From: a virus
IMG/VR virus record: IMGVR_UViG_3300028394_000045
Span: 32,001-96,000 of that record
DNA length: 64,000 nucleotides
Direction: 5' to 3' (one strand)
How positions within the stretch are numbered: the stretch's first letter is position 1; each line of letters opens with the position of its first letter. Below, piece after piece: positions 8,289-19,100 of the stretch. A program made the translations under genes and the position numbers. The notes under the pieces were generated by a model, which ran no database searches, had not been told where the DNA came from, and saw nothing but the letters and a program-made list of their open reading frames with translations.

Positions 8289-11200
8289 TTACAATCTTCC
8301 AACCAATATTTCGATAACGCCGGCAACACCGGTGTGATCCTGCACAGCTTTACCAAGTATGGATCCCGGCGCTGGATTGGATTCTGATCTAGCAGCACCA
8401 TTGCCGGCGCTGACCATCATGTCTCCTCGACGCACTGTACCGACCACACTGCATGGCACACGACCTATCAGCGCCACTGCGGTAGGGTGATTGGCTTGTA
8501 AATCACTGTTCATCAAGTGAGCAGGATCTGTAGATACCACACCGATTATTCTGGTGCTCATGTCACTATCGCTTAGTGTAATTTCTTCCGAGCCGCCAAA
8601 CTCAAGCACTGTTCCGGGTGTGTAGTAAGCGTCAGCTGCATACATCTCGGCCAAGTCAGCATATTGTGCCGATGTTGCCTTGGCAAACACAGTATTGAAC
8701 ACAGCGCCGCTGGCACCAATATTACCAGTACCTGTTGTGGCAGCATTGTTGATGGCTGTGGTCGCATTGTTGATGGTCAGGCCAGTCAGCGTACCCAAGC
8801 TGGTGATATTGCCTTGTGCTGCTGTGGTCACTGTGCCTGCTGTGGTTGCACTGCCTGCTGAACCAGATACACTACCATTTATAGTTGCTGATACAGTCAA
8901 GCCAGTCAATGTACCCACACTGGTGATATTGCCCTGTGCTGCTGTGGTCACTGTGCCTGCCGTTGTGGCCGATGTGGCCGATGGAACTGTGCCAGTTACG
9001 TTGGCACCTGGAATACTTGTAAGTCCTGCACCCGATCCATTGAATTGGCTTCCAGTCACAGTGCTGGTTACTGATACTGTGGTACCTGTGTGTGTGGTTG
9101 CATTCACATTGGCACCACCTAACACATTGCCACCTGAGATATTACCGGTCACTGCCAAACTGGTCAGTGTGCCCACACTGGTGATATTGGTCTGTGCTGC
9201 TGTGGTCAATGTACCCACGATACTGGTACCACTCAAGTTGCCACTGGTTATGTTGCCAGTAACCGCTAAACTGCCCAGTGTTCCAACTGAGGTGATATTG
9301 GTCTGTGCTGCCGTGGTCAAGGTGCCCACGATGCTAGTACCTGACAGATTGCCACTGGTTATGTTTCCTGTCACTGCTAAACTAGTTAGGGTACCAACTG
9401 AAGTGATGTTGCCTTGTGCTGCTGTGGTCACAGTTCCTGCCGTTGTGGCCGATGTAGCCAGTGGAACTGTACCTGTTACGTTGGCACCTGGAATACTGGT
9501 CAATCCTGCACCTGATCCGTTGAATTGACTTCCTGTTACAGTGCTGGTCACACTCACAGTGGTACCTGTGTGAGTGGTAGCATTCACGTTGGCACCACCT
9601 AACACATTACCGCCTGTGATATTACCGGTTACATTCAAACTACCTAATGTACCCACTGAGGTTATGTTGGTTTGTGCTGCGGTAAGCAAGGTGCCCACGA
9701 TGCTAGTACCTGACAGGTTGCCACTGGTGATGTTGCCAGTAACTGCCAAACTGGTCAGTGTGCCCACACTGGTGATATTGGTCTGTGCTGCTGTGGTCAA
9801 GGTGCCCACGATGCTAGTACCTGACAGGTTGCCACTGGTGATGTTGCCAGTAACTGCCAAACTGCCCAGTGTTCCAACTGAGGTGATGTTGCCTTGTGCT
9901 GCACCACTCACAGTGGCAGCATAGCCAGATGTATTAACACTTAACGTACCAGTTACGTTGGCAGCAGGAATTGAAGTTAGGCCTGCGCCTGATCCGTTGA
10001 ATTGGCTTGCAGTGACAGCACCAGTTGATGATATCAATCCACCTGTGAGCAAATTACCACTTGTGGTATTGCCGGTCACTGCCAGGCTGCCTAGAGTTCC
10101 CAAGCTGGTGATATTGGTCTGTGCTGCTGTGGTCAGCGTACCCACAATGCTGGTACCTGACAGGTTGCCGCCACTAATATTACCAGTCACAGCCAAACTG
10201 GTCAATGTACCAACACTGGTAATATTACCCTGAGCTGCTGTGGTCACCGTGCCTGCCGTTGTGGCCGATGGCACAGTGCCAGTTACGTTGGCGCCAGGAA
10301 TTGAAGTCAATCCAGCACCAGATCCATTGAATTGGCTTCCAGTAACTGTGCTTGTTGCACTGATTAATCCGCCTGTTAAAATATTACCGCCGGTGATGTT
10401 ACCAGTGGCGCTATAACTTCCGGCGGTGCTTGATCCACTGCCCAGACTTAAAGAAGTAGCACTAAGTGCCGCTGCGGATATGATGTTACCGCCGTTTATA
10501 TTGCCAGTCACACTCACTGTGGTACCTGTGTGTGTGGTTGCATTCACATTGGCACCACCTAACACATTGCCACCCGAGATATTACCGGTCACCGCCAAAC
10601 TGCCCAGAGTACCTACCGAGGTGATGTTAGTTTGTGCTGCTGTGGTCAATGTACCCACGATACTGGTACCACTCAAGTTGCCACCACTAATATTGCCAGT
10701 TGCAGATACTATGCCAGAAGTGGTTAGGTTGCCGCCAATCACATTGGCAGTTGCACTCAAGGTGGTAGCATTGACCACGTTGGCTCCGCTGATGTTGCCA
10801 CCGGATCCTGCTGTTATGATGTTGCCACCGGTGATGTTAGCACTTACTGAGACTGTAGTACCCGATAGCAATACAGCATTCACATTGGCTCCACCCAGCA
10901 CGTTGCCACCTGAGATGTTGCCTGTGGCCGATATTGCACCACCTGTTATCAAGTTGCCAGTAGTGGTATTGCCAGTCACGCTCAAACTTGCCAATGTGCC
11001 AACTGTGGTAGCTGCTACTCCTGTGAGCAGTGATCCATTACCAATATAGTAGTTGCCAGTGATGTTGCCTGTGACACTTACGATGCCACCGGTGTTGATG
11101 TTGGCGCCAGTGATGTTGCCTGTGGCACTTACGATGCCACCGGTGTTGATGTTAGCACCACTGATGTTGCCTGTGACAGCCAGACTGGTCAATGTGCCCA

Positions 11201-14200
11201 CTGACGTGATATTGGTCTGTGCTGCTGTGGTCAGTGTGCCCACGATACTTGTGCCACTCAAGTTACCACCAGTGATGTTACCAGTTACCGAGACTGTGGT
11301 ACCTGTGTGTGTGGTTGCATTCACATTGGCTCCACCTAACACATTACCACCGGTGATATTACCAGTTACCGAAACTGTGGTACCTGTATGTGTGGTTGCA
11401 TTCACATTGGCGCCGCCCAGGATGTTGCCACCAGTGATATTGCCTGTTGCACTTACCAAGCCACCTGTATTGATATTGGCACCAGTTACATTGCCCGAAG
11501 CTGACATCAATCCAGCAACGCCGGCACCATTGGACACTGTCCAAATATTACCGGTGCTGTTGTAGGTTAATGTAGCATATTCAGCGCCAACTGGACCAAC
11601 TCCAATGCCACCACCGTTGGCAGCGGCCGCAGTAGCAGCATTATTGGCCATGTTGATTACCAAATCATTTGTGGTGATTGTATTGGAATCAATATAAGTT
11701 ACATTGCCAGTAACGCTCAAGTTACCTTGAATAATTACCGCACCAGTGTTACCAGCAGCAGCAGGATCAATTGTGATTATGTTATCACTTGAACTGATTG
11801 TATTGCCTGTCAATGACAGTGTGCCAAAGGTGGCATTGCCACCTGTGATGTTGCCAGTTACTGAAACTGTGGTACCTGTGTGAGTTGTGGCATTCACATT
11901 GGCACCACCCAGCACATTACCGCCTGTGATGTTGCCAGTTACTGAAACTGTGGTACCTGTGTGAGTTGTGGCATTCACATTGGAACCACCCAGCACATTA
12001 CCGCCTGTGATATTGCCGGTCACATTCAAACTGCCCAATGTGCCCACTGCGGTAATATTGGTCTGTGTGGCAGTGATTATTGTACCTGCAATGCTTCCAC
12101 CTACTGTGAGGTTGCCGCCAGTGATATTACCAGTTGAACTGATCACGCCGGCTGTGAGCAAATTACCACCAGTGGTATTACCAGTCACAGCCAAGCTGGT
12201 CAGTGTGCCCACACTAGTAATATTGGTCTGTGCAGCAGTGGTCAATGTGCCCACGATGCTGGTACCTAACAGATTGCCACCTGTAATATTGCCTGTGGCA
12301 CTAATAAGACCGCTGGTCAAGATGTTGGCGCTGGCCGATACTGTGCCAGGAGTTGTTAGATTACCGCCAGCAATGTTTGCAGTGACATTGAGTGCTGACA
12401 CCACATTTGAGCTCAAGCTCAATCCTGCGGCATTTAGATTAGCGCCGGTGATGTTGCCATAGGCGCTTATGGTACCACGGGTGATACCTGTACCAACTCT
12501 TAGATCTTCAGCAATAGCAGTGTTTGTGGTAACAACATTTCCAACAGTGGTGACGTTGCCACCAATCACATTGCCTGCGGCCGAAATAGAGTTGGTAGAT
12601 AACAACACACCCGAAACTGCAATATTGCCGCCGGTGATGTTGCCACTACCTGTTACTACACCAGTGCTAAAATATACACTACCATTAAACGCCGCGCCAT
12701 TAACATTGCCGCCGGTGCTGATTTGAGTCCCGACTCCGCCGGCCAATATATTGCCGCCTGTGATGTTGCCGGTTGCGCTAATTAATCCTCCGGTTACTAA
12801 ATTACCGCCAATGACATTGGCAGTTGCGCTGACATTGCCGCCAGTTAAGATGTTGCCGGTTGCACTTACGATATTACCAACAACAAGATTGCCAACACCT
12901 GGGCCATTACTAACAGTTAAATTACCAACTTGTGCATCACCAGTGCCAAGTAATCCGAATATACCAAACAGAATGTTGCCAGCGGTGATGTTGCCACTGG
13001 TTGATATCGGGTTTGTTCCAAATGCTGCCAAGTTAGCTGCCACGTTGGCATTACCGTATGTTGCTGGTAATCCGGTTAGTTGAGATCCGTTACCCAGGAA
13101 ATAATTTCCAGTTATATTGCCTGTGGTGCTGTAGCTTGCAGCAGTTGATGCACCTGTAGTGATAGTTGCGCCACCGGTGATGATATTGCCACCCGTGACG
13201 TTGCCAGTGGCGCTGTAGCTTGCGGCAGTTGAAGTACCAGATGAACTGATCCCGCCTGTGATAATGTTACCACCGGTGATGTTGCCTGTGGTTAATATTG
13301 GGTTTGAGCCAAATGCTGCCAGATTAGCTGCCACGTTGGCATTGCCATAACCGGCTGCAATACCCGTCAGCTGAGATCCGTTACCGATAAAGTAGTTGCC
13401 CGTGACGTTACCAGTGGCACTTACGATTCCGCCTGTTAATATGTTTCCGCCGGTTGCATTACCTGTCACCGCTAAACTGATCAATGTGCCCACGCTGGTG
13501 ATATTGGTCTGTGCTGCTGTGGTCAAAGTACCCACAATGCTGGTGCCTGACAGATTGCCGCCAGTGATGTTACCTGTTACTGATACAGTGGCACCTGTAT
13601 GTGTGGTAGCATTTACATTGGCACCACCAAGAATGTTGCCTGCTGTGATATTGCCACTGGTTGATATGGGATTTGAGCCAAATGCTGCTAGATTAGCTAC
13701 AACATTGGCATTGCCATATGTGGCTGCAAGGCCGGTCAGTTGAGATCCGTTACCGATAAAAAAGTTGCCGGTTACGTTACCTGTTGCTAGCACTATGCCG
13801 GCAGTGGTTAGGTTGCCGCCAATCACATTGGCAGTTGCACTCAACGTGGTACTGTTAATTACATTGGCTCCGCTGATGTTGCCACCGGATCCTGTTGTTA
13901 CGATGTTGCCACCGGTGATATTGCCAGTTGCACTTACCAGGCCGGCTGTTAATACATTTCCACCAGTGACATTACCGGTACTACTTACAATTCCGGCTGT
14001 TAGTAAATTTCCACTTGTGGCATTGCCTGTGACTGTTAAACTGCCTAACGTACCCACTGAAGTGATATTGGTCTGTGCTGCTGTGGTCAGTGTGCCCACG
14101 ATGCTGGTACCACTTAGGTTACCGCCAGTGATGTTACCGGTTACTGATACAGTGGCACCTGTGTGTGTGGTTGCATTCACATTAGCACCACCTAGTATGT

Positions 14201-16064
14201 TGCCACCAGTGATGTTACCAGTTACCGAAACTGTGGTACCTGTATGTGTGGTTGCATTCACATTGGCACCACCTAGGATATTACCACCAGTGATGTTACC
14301 GCTGGTGGATATTGGGTTTGAGCCAAATGCTGCCAAGTTAGCTGCCACGTTGGCATTGCCATAACCGGCTGCAATACCCGTCAGCTGAGAGCCATTACCG
14401 ATAAAAAAGTTGCCGGTGATATTGCCCGTGGCACTCACAATGCCAGCAGTTAAGATGTTGCCGCCGGTGACGTTGGCACTGACTGAAACAGTGGTACCTG
14501 TATGAGTTGTGGCGTTGACATTGGCACCACCTAGGATATTACCACCAGTGATATTGCCACTTGTGGATATTGGGTTTGAGCCAAATGCTGCCAAGTTAGC
14601 TGCCACATTGGCATTGCCATATGTGGCTGCAATACCCGTCAGCTGAGAGCCATTACCGATAAAAAAGTTGCCGGTGATATTGCCGGTTGTGCTGACTGGA
14701 TTTGTGCCCAATGCAGCCAAGTTGGCAACAACATTGGCGTTGCCGTAACTGGCAGCAATACCTGTCAGCTGAGATCCATTGCCAATAAAGAAATTGCCGG
14801 TTACATTACCGGTTGATGATACAATGCCAGCAGTTAATATATTACCACCAGAGATGTTGCCGGTTACCGCTACGGTGCCCAACGTACCCACTGAGGTTAT
14901 ATTGGTCTGTGCTGCTGTGGTCAGGGTACCCGCAATACTGGCGCCGCTGAGGTTGCCACCGGTTATATTACCTGTTGCACTTATCACACCACCTGTCAAT
15001 ACATTGCCGCCGGTGACATTGGCACTGACTGAAACTGTGGTACCTGTATGTGTGGTAGCATTCACGTTGGCGCCGCCTAACACATTACCACCAGTGATGT
15101 TACCAGTCACTGCTAGACTAGTCAATGTGCCCACTGAGGTAACATTGGTCTGTGCTGCTGTGGTCAGGGCACCCGCGATACTGGTGCCTGAGAGATTGCC
15201 ACCTGTGATGTTGCCGGTGGTGGATACTGGATTGGTTCCAAGTGCTGCCAAGTTGGCCACCACATTGGCATTGCCATATGCGGCTGCAAGACCGGTAAGT
15301 TGTGATCCATTGCCAACAAAGTAGTTGCCAGTGATATTGCCTGTGGTTGATACAGGATTAGTGCCAAATGCTGCCAAGTTGGCAGCCACGTTGGCATTGC
15401 CGTATGGAGTAAGAGTTCCGGCGCCGGATATCACTGAAGTCTGTCCTGATTCATTTACAAAAACAATGCTGGTACTGTTGGCACTGATACTGGCGTTGCC
15501 TAAGAAAAGAGAATTGTTTGAAAGATAAAGATCGTTAAATGCAGCAGTTGGGCTACCTAGATTATAGGTGATATTAGCTGTTGGAATTATGTTGGCTTTG
15601 ACAACAATATTAGCCGGAGTAAAAACTGCTATATTGCTAACACCACCCACGCCCACGGAAACATTGCTATTGGCCGCTACACTCACATTGCTGTTGCCGT
15701 TGATAATTGATGTTCCGCCGCCACCGGCAGAGATGCCAGTCAGTTGAGATCCGTTACCTACAAAATATGTTGAGTAAACTGTATCGAATCGAACATTGGC
15801 GGTACCGATATCATACACCGCATCAATGCCGGGCACAATTGTGCTGTTGGCCTGAATGTTGCCAACACCATTGCCTGCCAGTACCAAATTGTTATTTGTC
15901 CCAATCACACCAATGGTGTTTCCGGAGATCACCACATTACTATCTACAGGTCCTGCTGCATATATTTCGGAAAAATTTTCATTTACTGCGGTAAATGCAT
16001 CGCGTAATGACTCGCCGGTGCCATCATTTGTTGTGTTACCGGTGTTGATGATCTGTTGTGCCAT
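8289..16064 (-). CDS. Giant repeat-rich fibre protein (2591 aa) with C-terminal autoproteolytic chaperone-like domain
   Basis: N-terminal NDGTGESLRDAFTAVNENF attachment motif, dozens of G/T/N/V repeats, and C-terminal AQYADLAEMY...GVVSTDPAHLMN...VALIGRVP. Confidence 0.8.
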   Translation of the reverse strand: MAQQIINTGNTTNDGTGESLRDAFTAVNENFSEIYAAGPVDSNVVISGNTIGVIGTNNNLVLAGNGVGNIQANSTIVPGIDAVYDIGTANVRFDTVYSTYFVGNGSQLTGISAGGGGTSIINGNSNVSVAANSNVSVGVGGVSNIAVFTPANIVVKANIIPTANITYNLGSPTAAFNDLYLSNNSLFLGNASISANSTSIVFVNESGQTSVISGAGTLTPYGNANVAANLAAFGTNPVSTTGNITGNYFVGNGSQLTGLAAAYGNANVVANLAALGTNPVSTTGNITGGNLSGTSIAGALTTAAQTNVTSVGTLTSLAVTGNITGGNVLGGANVNATTHTGTTVSVSANVTGGNVLTGGVISATGNITGGNLSGASIAGTLTTAAQTNITSVGTLGTVAVTGNISGGNILTAGIVSSTGNVTGNFFIGNGSQLTGIAASYGNANVVANLAALGTNPVSTTGNITGNFFIGNGSQLTGIAATYGNANVAANLAAFGSNPISTSGNITGGNILGGANVNATTHTGTTVSVSANVTGGNILTAGIVSATGNITGNFFIGNGSQLTGIAAGYGNANVAANLAAFGSNPISTSGNITGGNILGGANVNATTHTGTTVSVTGNITGGNILGGANVNATTHTGATVSVTGNITGGNLSGTSIVGTLTTAAQTNITSVGTLGSLTVTGNATSGNLLTAGIVSSTGNVTGGNVLTAGLVSATGNITGGNIVTTGSGGNISGANVINSTTLSATANVIGGNLTTAGIVLATGNVTGNFFIGNGSQLTGLAATYGNANVVANLAAFGSNPISTSGNITAGNILGGANVNATTHTGATVSVTGNITGGNLSGTSIVGTLTTAAQTNITSVGTLISLAVTGNATGGNILTGGIVSATGNVTGNYFIGNGSQLTGIAAGYGNANVAANLAAFGSNPILTTGNITGGNIITGGISSSGTSTAASYSATGNVTGGNIITGGATITTGASTAASYSTTGNITGNYFLGNGSQLTGLPATYGNANVAANLAAFGTNPISTSGNITAGNILFGIFGLLGTGDAQVGNLTVSNGPGVGNLVVGNIVSATGNILTGGNVSATANVIGGNLVTGGLISATGNITGGNILAGGVGTQISTGGNVNGAAFNGSVYFSTGVVTGSGNITGGNIAVSGVLLSTNSISAAGNVIGGNVTTVGNVVTTNTAIAEDLRVGTGITRGTISAYGNITGANLNAAGLSLSSNVVSALNVTANIAGGNLTTPGTVSASANILTSGLISATGNITGGNLLGTSIVGTLTTAAQTNITSVGTLTSLAVTGNTTGGNLLTAGVISSTGNITGGNLTVGGSIAGTIITATQTNITAVGTLGSLNVTGNITGGNVLGGSNVNATTHTGTTVSVTGNITGGNVLGGANVNATTHTGTTVSVTGNITGGNATFGTLSLTGNTISSSDNIITIDPAAAGNTGAVIIQGNLSVTGNVTYIDSNTITTNDLVINMANNAATAAAANGGGIGVGPVGAEYATLTYNSTGNIWTVSNGAGVAGLMSASGNVTGANINTGGLVSATGNITGGNILGGANVNATTHTGTTVSVTGNITGGNVLGGANVNATTHTGTTVSVTGNITGGNLSGTSIVGTLTTAAQTNITSVGTLTSLAVTGNISGANINTGGIVSATGNITGANINTGGIVSVTGNITGNYYIGNGSLLTGVAATTVGTLASLSVTGNTTTGNLITGGAISATGNISGGNVLGGANVNAVLLSGTTVSVSANITGGNIITAGSGGNISGANVVNATTLSATANVIGGNLTTSGIVSATGNISGGNLSGTSIVGTLTTAAQTNITSVGTLGSLAVTGNISGGNVLGGANVNATTHTGTTVSVTGNINGGNIISAAALSATSLSLGSGSSTAGSYSATGNITGGNILTGGLISATSTVTGSQFNGSGAGLTSIPGANVTGTVPSATTAGTVTTAAQGNITSVGTLTSLAVTGNISGGNLSGTSIVGTLTTAAQTNITSLGTLGSLAVTGNTTSGNLLTGGLISSTGAVTASQFNGSGAGLTSIPAANVTGTLSVNTSGYAATVSGAAQGNITSVGTLGSLAVTGNITSGNLSGTSIVGTLTTAAQTNITSVGTLTSLAVTGNITSGNLSGTSIVGTLLTAAQTNITSVGTLGSLNVTGNITGGNVLGGANVNATTHTGTTVSVTSTVTGSQFNGSGAGLTSIPGANVTGTVPLATSATTAGTVTTAAQGNITSVGTLTSLAVTGNITSGNLSGTSIVGTLTTAAQTNITSVGTLGSLAVTGNITSGNLSGTSIVGTLTTAAQTNITSVGTLTSLAVTGNISGGNVLGGANVNATTHTGTTVSVTSTVTGSQFNGSGAGLTSIPGANVTGTVPSATSATTAGTVTTAAQGNITSVGTLTGLTVSATINGSVSGSAGSATTAGTVTTAAQGNITSLGTLTGLTINNATTAINNAATTGTGNIGASGAVFNTVFAKATSAQYADLAEMYAADAYYTPGTVLEFGGSEEITLSDSDMSTRIIGVVSTDPAHLMNSDLQANHPTAVALIGRVPCSVVGTVRRGDMMVSAGNGAARSESNPAPGSILGKAVQDHTGVAGVIEILVGRL
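8700..15400 (-). repeat. Mosaic coding repeat array (GTLTTAAQTNITSVGTL, GGANVNATTHTGTTVSV, YGNANVAANLAAFG units)
   Basis: Near-identical DNA duplications, e.g. ~9680-9890, ~11060-11165 and ~11840-12015. Boundaries are approximate. Confidence 0.9.
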
Positions 16065-16126
16065 GTGGGTTCCTGAGTTTATGATATATTTACCATAACT
16101 CAGGAATTAGGATTGCACGGATCAGT

Positions 16127-19100
16127 TTATAGTCGGCCTACTACCACGTGGATTGTGCCCGAGTCGCCTGAAAAATCTTCTAATGATTTGCCAATCACAG
16201 TGCCAATAGAGGGTGTTGCACAGGCTTGAGCATGACCGTTGCCCGCAGAAATCATCATGGCACCTTTCCAAACTGTGCCAGTGACTCGGGTAGGTACTCT
16301 TCCGGTCAGGGCCACTGCCACCACATGTTCGCCTGTTTGTGTGGAGTTCATTAGATGTGCCGGATCAGTTGATACCACACCGGCCACTCGATCGCTGGCT
16401 GATGTGGTGCTAATGGTGATTTCTTGTGTGCCGCCAAAATCCACCACAGTGCCTGGCGCATAGTCGGCATCGCTTGCATACATCTCAGCCAAGTCGGCGT
16501 ATTGTGCTGTGGTTGCCTTGGCAAATACTGTGTTGAATGTGCCAGCAGCCGAGCCAATATTACCGGTACCGGTTGTGGCAGCATTGGTAATTGCTGTAGT
16601 GCCGTTGTTGATCGTCAAGCCAGTCAATGTGCCCACGCTGGTGATGTTGGTCTGTGCAGCAGTGGTCAATGTGCCCACAATGCTGGTGCCAGAAAGATTA
16701 CCGCCAATGATGTTACCTGTGATACTGAGCCCACTGGAACCACCTTGATACCCGGCAGCACTGATGTTTCCTGTTAATACTGTTCCTGCTGCACTCACGG
16801 TACCAGTTATACTAACTGTGGTACCGGTGTGTGTAGTAGCACTGATATTACCACCGGTGATGTTGCCGGTCACTGCCAAACTACCCAATGTGCCTACTGA
16901 AGTGATATTGGTTTGTGCTGCTGTGGTCAATGTGCCCACGATGCTAGTACCAGAAAGATTACCACCCGTGATGTTGCCCGAAACATATGCTGTACCTGTC
17001 ACGCCCAGTGTGGTGGTCGGAGCGGTGTTTCCAATCCCCACATTGCCGCTGGAGGTGATACGCATGCGTTCTGTAGTATTAGTATACCAGATATGGCTAT
17101 AGTCGGCGCTTATAACATATTGCTCACCACCACTACCATTATACAAGCTAAATGCACGACTAGATCCTGCATTAGAAAATATGTACGTACCCTGCGTAGA
17201 GTTATAACCAAGTACACCAGCAGAATCTACAGCAGTCGATGTAGTGGCTATGAAACGTGTTGCAGTCACCGTGCCCGATACTGACAAGCTGCCTAGCGTG
17301 CCCACACTGGTGATGTTGGTCTGTGCTGCTGTGGTCAATGTGCCCACAATACTGGTACCAGAAAGATTACCACCGGTTATGTTACCGGTAGCTGAGATCA
17401 ATCCAGTTACATATTCGCCGGTGCTGGCAAACACGGCCACATTTGATGTGCCGGCTACGCCAACTGTGATGTTGCCGCCTGCACTTACCACAGTCACATT
17501 ACTGGTACCGCTGTTGATATTGGCCACGCTGGTAATAACACCAGTCAGCAATGCGCCGTTGCCCAAGATGTAGTTGCCGGTTACGTTGCCTGTCACACTG
17601 ACTACAGTACCAGTCAAACTTACTGCATTCACAGTTCCACCACCATTTACATTGGCACCGGTGATGTTTCCTGATGTTGATAACACGCCCGGAGTTAATA
17701 AATTGCCGCCGGTTACGTTGGCACTGACTGACACTGTGGTACCTGTGTGTGTTGTGGCATTTACATTGGCACCACCTAACACATTACCACCGGTGATGTT
17801 GCCAGTTACAGAGACTGTGGTACCTGTATGTGTGGTGGCATTCACATTAGCTCCGCCCAGCACATTGCCACCTGTGATGTTGCCAGTAGCACTTACGATA
17901 CCACCTGTTAATACGTTGCCACCGGTGGCATTGCCAGTTACTGCAAGGCTACCCAATGTACCCACTGACGTAATGTTAGTTTGTGCAGCAGTGGTCAGGG
18001 TACCCACAATACTTGTGCCGCTTAGGTTGCCACCTGTGATATTACCAGTTGCTGAAACCACTCCAGCGGTGTTGATATTGGCTCCGGTCACATTGCCGGT
18101 TGCACTAGAATATCCAATTATGTTGTATCCACTTGGACTTATGTTACCAACACTGACATTGCCCACAACTATCAACACATTGGCGCCGGTGCTGGTGATG
18201 GACATGGAAGTGGTTCCATTGGCGATCGTTGTGACCGATACGTTGGCAGCGGCAGTCACATTGCTGAGATATCCGCCGTCACCTACAAAATATGCACTGG
18301 TCACAATATTTCCGGCGCCGCTTATCAGTCCCGATCCAAACAAGATATTGCCGCCGGTGATGTTTCCAGTAGCACTAAATGTTGTTCCTGTGTGAGTTGT
18401 GGCAGCTATGTTGCCGCTGGTGATATTGCCAGTCACACTCACCGTGGTACCTGTAAGGGTAGTAGCATTCACATTAGCGCCACCTGAAATATTGCCGCCG
18501 GTGATGTTGCCAGTTGCAGATACCTGGCCGGCTGTTAATACATTGCCACCGGCGATATTGGCACTCACACTCACGGTGGTACCTGTGAGAGTTGTAGCAT
18601 TGACATTGGCTCCGCCTAATACGTTGCCACCTGTAATATTGCCAGTAACTGATACCGTGGTTCCGGATAACAATGTGGCATTCACGTTGGCACCACCATT
18701 AACATTGCCGCCTGTTATGTTGCCGGTTACACTTAGATTGGTGCCTGTGAGATTGATCGCATTCACATTGGCACCACCTAACACATTACCACCAGTGATG
18801 TTGCCAGTTACTGACACAGTGGTGCCTGTGTGTGTGGTAGCATTAACATTGGCACCGCCTAACACATTGCCTGCTGTGATGTTGCCTGTGGCACTGACTG
18901 AGCCGGTTGTTCTTAAGTTACCTGCTTGCACATCTGAGTTGGCTATGAGGTAAGCACCGGTGATGTTGCCTACTGAATTTATTGATACAGTAGAAAGTAA
19001 ATTTCCAGTTGTGACGTTACCAACTACACTCAATCCACTAGCACTGGAAAAGGTAGCCACTGCTGTGGGAGTTATAGCACCTGAGGCTGTGGTGAATATT

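Noticed and set aside
8289-16600. Diversity-generating retroelement suggested by the similar fibre C-termini
   Set aside because: Both copies are coding, the differences are not adenine-specific, and no reverse transcriptase is present in the window.
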